64,000 nt of DNA from contig CAZRYM010000002.1 in the NCBI GenBank assembly GCA_964604305.1, positions 15,639 through 79,638 on the forward strand. Direction: 5' to 3'. This DNA comes from an uncultured Thermotogaceae bacterium (GTDB taxonomy: Bacteria; Thermotogota; Thermotogae; MWEM01). A model generated the notes under the pieces. That model searched no databases. It worked only from the letters and a program-made list of their open reading frames with translations, and was not told where the DNA came from. Positions 11,696 through 18,171 of the stretch are shown here, in pieces. The first letter of the stretch is position 1, and each line of letters starts with the position of its first letter. Position numbers and translations under genes: made by a program.

Positions 11696-11759
11696 CCACT
11701 TTTATTTTAATGCGTCCAAAAACCTTAATTTTGTTGGTTTTATGGTAAAATAAAAGTGG
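11696..11759. repeat. Perfect 14-bp inverted repeat (CCACTTTTATTTTA ... TAAAATAAAAGTGG) with a 36-nt spacer
   Basis: 11696-11709 is the exact reverse complement of 11746-11759; intergenic between the AKR gene and the secreted-protein gene. Confidence 0.5.
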
Positions 11760-11792
11760 TAATCAATAAAGTCTAACATTAAGGTTGATCAA

Positions 11793-12287
11793 ATGAAAAA
11801 GTCTTTTTGCATTATATTTCTGCTTTTTTTATACGCAAGTTTTTTTGCGGCACAATACAGTGAAGATTATTTTGGATTATCACTTGAGTATCAAAAGCTT
11901 GATTTTATTGATGGGTTCCAAGAAAAAGACTGTATCAGTCAAAGTAATTTCAATTTTCTCTTTACATATGGACCTTCTTTTTCCGGTCCTTTTAGATTCA
12001 GAATTGGCGGCGGTGTTCATGAGCTTTCCGATTATTATCTGAACGGTGGAATCGAACTGAAGGTTCTGGAGTTTTTAAATACTGTCAAGGGTAGAATTTT
12101 TGGCCTTTATTTGAATGCAGACCTCAAATTGGGTCTGGATTATGCAGAGGCTTCCATAAAGGGTGAACTCTTTATTCCATTTTCTGCGGTAGGCGGGATA
12201 CAAATTGGTGTAGGCATCAATCACGATATCAAGCCTCTTTTCACGATTGCTTATTCCGGTGGTGTATATCCTTTAATCACAAAATAA
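11793..12287 (+). CDS. Hypothetical secreted protein, possibly a small beta-barrel/outer-envelope protein
   Basis: Signal peptide MKKSFCIIFLLFLYASFFAA; alternating hydrophobic pattern; aromatic C-terminus. Confidence 0.55.
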   Translation: MKKSFCIIFLLFLYASFFAAQYSEDYFGLSLEYQKLDFIDGFQEKDCISQSNFNFLFTYGPSFSGPFRFRIGGGVHELSDYYLNGGIELKVLEFLNTVKGRIFGLYLNADLKLGLDYAEASIKGELFIPFSAVGGIQIGVGINHDIKPLFTIAYSGGVYPLITK

Positions 12288-12317
12288 TAATCTCACATCA
12301 TAAAAGGGGGAATTAGT

Positions 12318-12689
12318 GTGTTAAAAAAAATCGGTTTACTTATCGCTTTGGTATTGATACTATTTGCATTTAGCAGTTGTTCAGTTGTTTTTCAATCTCA
12401 GGATGGTAATCTTGGTTATTTCCCGCAGGCTTCGGGAAGACCGGTGGGGAGTTTTTCGGAATCAGGAGAATTATGGTATATCATCAGTCCTATGCTTTAT
12501 AATTTAAATGATACAAATCTAAAGCTCGATCAGCTTATAAGAACAGGTTTATCTCCTTATAGAGCTGATTTTGCAAAGAATTTAAAAATCATTGAAGGCT
12601 ATACCTTTATCGATTTTCTTATCAGTTATTTTGTACCCATAATCGGAAGAGAAACCATAACAGTTGAAGGGGAAGCCTATCAACAATAA
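12318..12689 (+). CDS. Hypothetical lipoprotein
   Basis: Signal peptide with lipobox LILFAFSSC; RBS GGGGGAATTAGTG. Confidence 0.5.
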   Translation: MLKKIGLLIALVLILFAFSSCSVVFQSQDGNLGYFPQASGRPVGSFSESGELWYIISPMLYNLNDTNLKLDQLIRTGLSPYRADFAKNLKIIEGYTFIDFLISYFVPIIGRETITVEGEAYQQ

Positions 12690-12719
12690 TTCAAAAGGGG
12701 CTTTTAAGCCCCTTTTTCT

Positions 12720-14066
12720 TTGTTTTCTTATATGAAAAAATTTATCGTTTTAGGACTCGATTGTGCTGATCCAAAATTGGTTTTTGATGAATTCAAAGAT
12801 TTCTTACCAAATATTTCTGCTTTGATGTCAAGAGGTTCATTTGCTCCCTTGAAATCAACTGTTCCACCAATTACCGTTCCCGCTTGGATGAGTATGGTAA
12901 CCGGAAAGGATCCCGGGGAATTGGGATTATACGGCTTTCAAAACAGATTGGACAGATCTTACGACAGGCTTTTAATTCCAAACGCTTCTATGATAAATTA
13001 CGATACCATATGGCAAACTCTATCTAAGATGGATTTTACTTCACTTATCATTGGTGTGCCACTAACCTATCCTCCAAAACCTTTTAAAGGAAACATTATT
13101 ACCAGTTTTCTCACACCTTCGGTTAAAAGTAATTACACATTTCCCAAAAGCCTTAAATATGAAATCTCTTCATGGATCGATCAGTATATATTCGATGTGG
13201 AAAATCTCAGAACAGTCGACAAAAAAAGAGTCTTAAAGGATGTTTATGAGATGACAAACAAACGCTTTGAAGTTGCAAAGAGGCTCATGAAGAACAAAGT
13301 ATGGGATTTTTTTATGATGGTTGAGATGGGAACAGATCGAATGCATCATGCCTTTTGGGCGCACCATGATAAAACACATACGAAGCATGATCCCAAGAGC
13401 CCTTTCAGAGACTCCATTTTAAAATACTATCGATATGTGGATAAGAAGCTGGGAGAGATAATCCGGATGCTACCGGAAGAGACAGCTATTTTAATTGTTA
13501 GTGATCACGGTGTTCAAAAAATGGAGGGAGGCATAGCGATCAATGACTGGTTGATTGATCAGGGACTTCTTTGTTTGAAGAAAAGGCCTACTGTTCCAAC
13601 GAGAATAGAGACCCTGATAGCGATGGATATGATAGATTGGACAAAAACCTCTTGTTGGGCATTTGGCGGATATTATGGCAAGCTCTTTATAAACCTTAAG
13701 GGGAGAGAGTCTCAGGGATTCATTGAAGCAGGCAGGTTAGAAGCCTTTAAGACATCTCTGGAAGAAAAGATTCTTGAAATAAAAGATGAAGATGGCAGAG
13801 AGATCAATACAAAGATATTCAGACCAGAGAACATATACAGGGAACTTCAAAATATCCCGCCTGATCTTATGATTTATTTGGGTAACCTTTCATGGAGAGC
13901 TATCGGAACCGTCGGTAATGATAACATATGGATTCATGAAAACGATACAGGACCCGATGATGCCAATCACGCACAATTTGGTATTTCTATTTTTTCAGGT
14001 AAAAGATGTCCAAGTGAAATTACCCAAGTCTATGATTTTATCCTCAATCATTTCATTAACCCTTGA
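12720..14066 (+). CDS. Alkaline-phosphatase superfamily protein (type I phosphodiesterase/nucleotide pyrophosphatase family)
   Basis: LGLDCADP...VPPITVPAWMSMVTGKDPGELGLYGF...VSDHG are typical PF01663-like metal-site motifs. Confidence 0.7.
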   Translation: MFSYMKKFIVLGLDCADPKLVFDEFKDFLPNISALMSRGSFAPLKSTVPPITVPAWMSMVTGKDPGELGLYGFQNRLDRSYDRLLIPNASMINYDTIWQTLSKMDFTSLIIGVPLTYPPKPFKGNIITSFLTPSVKSNYTFPKSLKYEISSWIDQYIFDVENLRTVDKKRVLKDVYEMTNKRFEVAKRLMKNKVWDFFMMVEMGTDRMHHAFWAHHDKTHTKHDPKSPFRDSILKYYRYVDKKLGEIIRMLPEETAILIVSDHGVQKMEGGIAINDWLIDQGLLCLKKRPTVPTRIETLIAMDMIDWTKTSCWAFGGYYGKLFINLKGRESQGFIEAGRLEAFKTSLEEKILEIKDEDGREINTKIFRPENIYRELQNIPPDLMIYLGNLSWRAIGTVGNDNIWIHENDTGPDDANHAQFGISIFSGKRCPSEITQVYDFILNHFINP

Positions 14067-14141
14067 TGGTTAAAGTTTTTTAAAGAATGAGGAATATGAT
14101 AAAATCAAACCATGATCCTGATTCCTTTGGAGGAGTTCAAA

Positions 14142-15365
14142 ATGAAAATTGGTGAATTTGCCAGAAAATTCGATGCCAGAATCGATACTATTCGCTATTA
14201 TATAGATAATGGGATGTTGTTGCCGGAAAAGCTCCACAGTCAATATCGGTTTGATGATAAATGTGCTGAAGATATGACCCTTATCAAGGAATTGAAGCAC
14301 ATGCGTTTCAAGATAACTGAAATTAAAAAGATTCTTTCATTCAAACGGTTAACGAATCTAATTGATAAAACTAATCTGGAATATTATGCTCAATTTTTTA
14401 TCGAAAAAAGGGATGATCTTCTTGAAGAAAAAAAGGAGATTGAAAAAGCTATCAAAGCTGTAGATGATAAAATAACCGAGATTGAAACAGTAAAAAAAAC
14501 ACTCAAAACAAAGATTGGTATCCCCCTGCAGTTTTTTAACCTTTTGTACTGCCCAAAATGCCAGAAGAATCTTAAATTATATAATGCAATAGTGGATGGA
14601 AATTCGATTTACAATGGAGAACTTCATTGTGACTGTGGTTACCTTGCTATGATTCAAGATGGTATCATAATTGACCATAATATTGGGGAATCCTACAAAA
14701 AGGTGATGGAGGTTAATAAGTTTTCTCCTGAAGAATATCTCGAACAAACGGATACTCTGTTTATCAGTTTTACTCAAAAATCGTTTCAATGGGTTATTAA
14801 GAGATTGGATTTGGAATCTTTGAACAATCAAATGATTATGGAAATCGGAACCGGTAACGGGATGGTCATGACAAATGTTATCAAGGAAATAGCCAAGTCC
14901 AATTATTTTATCGCAACTGATAACAGCTTGGAGCAATTAAAAAGAACAAAACTATTAATGGAAAAGAATGGGATAGGGCAAAATTCTATTTTCATAGCTG
15001 CCGACTATGCGGACATTCCGTTAAAATGGGGGAGTGTTGACATTGTCTTGGATATCTTCGGAACCACTAATCACGTTTTTCATAGTGAAGAATTTTTATT
15101 TAATCACATTAAACCCTATCTAAAAGCTGCGGGAACACTCTATGGTACATATATCTATCTAAAGCCAATCTCATCAGAATTTCAACCTGAATACAGAAAG
15201 TTCAGAAAGTTTTTTATGCTTGAATCAATTAAAACTTCTCTAAACGATTTTGAGATAGTGGATGCCTCCACCTTTGGCTTCACACAATCAAGAGGAGACC
15301 TGAAAAATGTGTTAGGTGACGGATCCAAGATACATCAATGGGCTTGTCAGGCCAAAAAACCTTAG
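14142..15365 (+). CDS. MerR-family HTH fused to a Trm112-like zinc ribbon and a class I SAM-dependent methyltransferase domain
   Basis: MKIGEFARKFDARIDTIRYYIDNGML is a MerR HTH; CPKC...CDCG zinc ribbon; EIGTGNG MTase motif I; start chosen at an ATG with a GGAGGAG RBS. Confidence 0.7.
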   Translation: MKIGEFARKFDARIDTIRYYIDNGMLLPEKLHSQYRFDDKCAEDMTLIKELKHMRFKITEIKKILSFKRLTNLIDKTNLEYYAQFFIEKRDDLLEEKKEIEKAIKAVDDKITEIETVKKTLKTKIGIPLQFFNLLYCPKCQKNLKLYNAIVDGNSIYNGELHCDCGYLAMIQDGIIIDHNIGESYKKVMEVNKFSPEEYLEQTDTLFISFTQKSFQWVIKRLDLESLNNQMIMEIGTGNGMVMTNVIKEIAKSNYFIATDNSLEQLKRTKLLMEKNGIGQNSIFIAADYADIPLKWGSVDIVLDIFGTTNHVFHSEEFLFNHIKPYLKAAGTLYGTYIYLKPISSEFQPEYRKFRKFFMLESIKTSLNDFEIVDASTFGFTQSRGDLKNVLGDGSKIHQWACQAKKP

Positions 15366-15566
15366 GTAAAAGTTTCAGGACTTTGCCACATGGTACAATG
15401 GATGTTTTTTGTGAAAAACTGTTTTTTAAATCTCACCATTATATAATCAAATATTGAGTTCTTTAAATAAATATCCTTATTTGAACTAATAATCAAAAAT
15501 GATACAATCAATTTTTAAATAGCAAAGGTTAAAACAAATTAGGTTTATAAGGAGGAACTATATCTA

Positions 15567-17114
15567 ATGACTCTGGAGGAAATGATAGGTCGCCTATTTC
15601 TAATTGGAATAATGGGTACTGAGTTAACTCAAGAAACAAAGCTTTTATTGGATAAAATACAACCCGGTTTTATCATTCTTTTTCAAAGGAATATCCGGTC
15701 AAAGAATCAATTAAAAAAACTTGTGTCGGATATAAAGAATTATCTGAACAGACCCATTGTCTTTGCAATCGATCAAGAAGGTGGGATTGTAACACGTCTA
15801 GAAGAGGGATTTAGTATTTCGCCCGGTGCGATGGCTTTAAGTGCGACAAATGAATCAAAAAATGCGTTTGATGCAGGCGTTTTATTGGGCAAAGAAATGC
15901 GCGCAATGGGAATAAGTTGGAATTTGGCACCGGTAGTCGATATTAACGATAACTATCTAAACAGAAGTACTGGTGTCAGGTCATTTGGAGATACTTTGGA
16001 AAGGGTTTGTGAATTTTCCCAGGCTTTTTACAACGGCCTCAAACAAGAAGGCTGTGCAGCAACCGCCAAGCACTTTCCAGGAAGCGGAAGCATAGAAGTT
16101 GACCCACACTTGGATATGCCTATCTTGAATAAATCTTTAAATGATCTATTGAAAAATGAGCTCGTTCCATTTAAACAGTTGATTGATAGAGGAATAGAGT
16201 CTATAATGATTTCACATGTATATCTTCCCCAAATCATGAAACAAAAACTGCCGTCAGTACTTTCTTCAGAAGTGATGGAAGATATTTTAATCAAAAGGCT
16301 TGGTTTTAAGGGTGTTTTAATCAGCGATGATTTGACGATGGGTGGAGTAGCCAATTTCTACAACGTTGAAGAAGCTTCATATCATGCCCTAATGGCCGGA
16401 ATGGATGTGATTGACATCTGCCATGATGGCGAAAAGATGATTATGGCACATGATTATCTAATTGAAAAAGCTTCAAATGATCCGAGGGTTATGGCTGCTG
16501 TAAAGAGGTCTTTTGCGAAAGTTGATAGTTTTATAAACAATTTTTCCGTTCCACTTTCCGAAATTGATCCCATTCAAGCAGGCTCGAATGAAAACGTCAA
16601 GCTGATGCAACAAATAGCGGATAAAACCATCACGATATATAAAAACGAAGACCAATTACTCCCTTTACGCCATCTTGGGAAAGGAGATTTGATTTGTTCG
16701 GTCAAACCTTTACGACAATCTCTTGTTGAAGATGGAAAAGCTAGTGCTTATGTGTCTGCCTTTTTGCATGATAGATACCCTGAAGCGGATTATATTCGTT
16801 TTGATGCCAAAATAGAAGAAGCGGTTGTTAAGGAATTAATGAATGGTAAATCAGGCGGAACAGCTGTAGTAATGACAGAAAACGCCTATCTTTTTTCCGG
16901 GCAAAAAGAACTGGTTCAGCAGCTTACCAAATCTTTTGAACGCGTTCTGTTAGTTGCGCTTAGAAATCCTTATGATGCCGGAATTACGGGGATTAAAAAT
17001 GCAATCTTTTCTTATGGATACTCTTTGCCCAATCAAAAGGCGTTGATTAAGGTTTTAAGAGGCGAGATTAAAGCTGAAGGCGTATGTCCGGTTAAAATAC
17101 CGACGATCAGTTAA
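15567..17114 (+). CDS. nagZ: Glycoside hydrolase family 3 beta-N-acetylhexosaminidase (NagZ-like)
   Basis: FAIDQEGGIVTRL; KHFPGSG; the GH3 N-terminal domain plus a C-terminal domain; 515 aa. Confidence 0.8.
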   Translation: MTLEEMIGRLFLIGIMGTELTQETKLLLDKIQPGFIILFQRNIRSKNQLKKLVSDIKNYLNRPIVFAIDQEGGIVTRLEEGFSISPGAMALSATNESKNAFDAGVLLGKEMRAMGISWNLAPVVDINDNYLNRSTGVRSFGDTLERVCEFSQAFYNGLKQEGCAATAKHFPGSGSIEVDPHLDMPILNKSLNDLLKNELVPFKQLIDRGIESIMISHVYLPQIMKQKLPSVLSSEVMEDILIKRLGFKGVLISDDLTMGGVANFYNVEEASYHALMAGMDVIDICHDGEKMIMAHDYLIEKASNDPRVMAAVKRSFAKVDSFINNFSVPLSEIDPIQAGSNENVKLMQQIADKTITIYKNEDQLLPLRHLGKGDLICSVKPLRQSLVEDGKASAYVSAFLHDRYPEADYIRFDAKIEEAVVKELMNGKSGGTAVVMTENAYLFSGQKELVQQLTKSFERVLLVALRNPYDAGITGIKNAIFSYGYSLPNQKALIKVLRGEIKAEGVCPVKIPTIS

Positions 17115-17118
17115 GAAA

Positions 17119-17796
17119 TTACAGATTAAATCGAATTTCGACTGCTCTTCCTAAAAAAAGGCATTCCCTTTCCCACTCTTCAGGTTTGAAGAAGATGGGG
17201 CTGTAGGTGGTATTCTCGCTTAAAAGCCAGATGCCGTTTTTTGTATGATGTAATCTTTTTAACAACGCCTGATCGTTGTTTACGATGACGAGAGCTATCT
17301 CCAAGCTTCGAAGGCTTTCGATCGCTAAACGTTTGATAAGGGCTGTTGCACCGTTTGGTATCAACGGTTCCATGCTGTCCCCGTGAACCTTTACGGCGAA
17401 ATCAGCATCTGCTCCGTAAATATAATCTTCGGCTTGTTCCTGTGCCAGAATATTTGCTCCGGCACCCGTTAACCCAAGAATCGGAATTTGTTCTTGTAAA
17501 TATTCCAAGGCAGTTTGTGCATTGAATCCCTTTTGTTTGAGATAATGATTAATCTGCATCATCTCATCATCATCTGTTGTCTTTATGAAACCATTTTCTT
17601 CACTGGCTCTTAAAAGGTATTCAAGAGATATTTCGAATAAATTGGATAATTTGATCAGGACTTTTTTTGAAGGCTTTCTAATACCCCTTTCATAAGCCGA
17701 AATCGTTGACATATTTAATCCGAGAATATTTGCCAATTCATTTTGGTTTAACCCTCTCTTTTCTCTCATTTCTTTCAAGAGGTTTTCTATCTTCAC
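17119..17796 (-). CDS. XRE-family HTH repressor with a C-terminal S24 (LexA-like) self-cleaving peptidase domain
   Basis: LKEMREKRGLNQNELANILGLNMSTISAYERG HTH_XRE; GDSMEP Ser motif; downstream KR Lys; AG candidate cleavage site; likely GTG start at 17796 with AAGGAG; the ORF track extends to 17853. Confidence 0.75.
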   Translation of the reverse strand: MKIENLLKEMREKRGLNQNELANILGLNMSTISAYERGIRKPSKKVLIKLSNLFEISLEYLLRASEENGFIKTTDDDEMMQINHYLKQKGFNAQTALEYLQEQIPILGLTGAGANILAQEQAEDYIYGADADFAVKVHGDSMEPLIPNGATALIKRLAIESLRSLEIALVIVNNDQALLKRLHHTKNGIWLLSENTTYSPIFFKPEEWERECLFLGRAVEIRFNL

Positions 17797-17829
17797 GTTT
17801 TTGACTTCTCCTTTTTTACCGATGTCATA

Positions 17830-17838
17830 ATTATAGCA
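17830..17838 (-). promoter_or_regulatory. Extended -10 (TGcTATAAT) on the minus strand upstream of the XRE/S24 repressor gene
   Basis: Reverse complement of 17830-17838 is tgctataat, about 30 nt upstream of the proposed GTG start. Confidence 0.35.
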
Positions 17839-17900
17839 CAAAGCCGATGTCATACAAAATGTATGAAAATAATATTATAAAATAAAAAAAAGCAAAAAGC

Positions 17901-17929
17901 TTGACAAATTGTACGAATTGGTATATAAT
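17901..17929 (+). promoter_or_regulatory. Consensus sigma70-type promoter (TTGACA-17 bp-TATAAT)
   Basis: TTGACA at 17901-17906 and TATAAT at 17924-17929 with exactly a 17-bp spacer. Confidence 0.55.
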
Positions 17930-17935
17930 CATTTT

Positions 17936-17992
17936 GAAAGACAAAGACAATAACCCCAATAACTTCCCAACCCCCTCCCCGGGGGTTTTTTT
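17936..17992 (+). ncRNA. Candidate short C-rich transcript (about 55 nt) running from the promoter to an intrinsic terminator; alternatively a leader/attenuator of the hybrid kinase gene
   Basis: Predicted +1 near 17936; sequence ...aaCCCCaauaacuuCCCaaCCCCCuCCCC ends in a terminator hairpin; no ORF. Confidence 0.25.
17971..17992 (+). terminator. Rho-independent terminator (CCCCC-ucccc-GGGGG + U7)
   Basis: 5-bp all-GC stem with a 5-nt loop, followed by 7 T at 17986-17992. Confidence 0.55.
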
Positions 17993-18171
17993 GTAAGGAA
18001 AGAAAAATTCGTTTAGGAGATTTTTTTCGATTTTAACAAACGGATGAAATTCTCTGATATAATATGAGCAAATATAGTCGAAAAGAGAAAGTATTTAGAT
18101 TTACGGGGCGTACAATTTCCGTGAGAAAACGATCGGTTTTTTAAAGTAACTCTAACATTGTGAGGTATCTT

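Noticed and set aside
18000-18171. Second promoter-like element (gaTATAATatg at about 18056-18064) and a weak hairpin before a T-run (about 18118-18145) in the kinase leader
   Set aside because: The -35 is poor and the stem is only 3-4 bp; not strong enough to call separately from the 17901 promoter/terminator unit.
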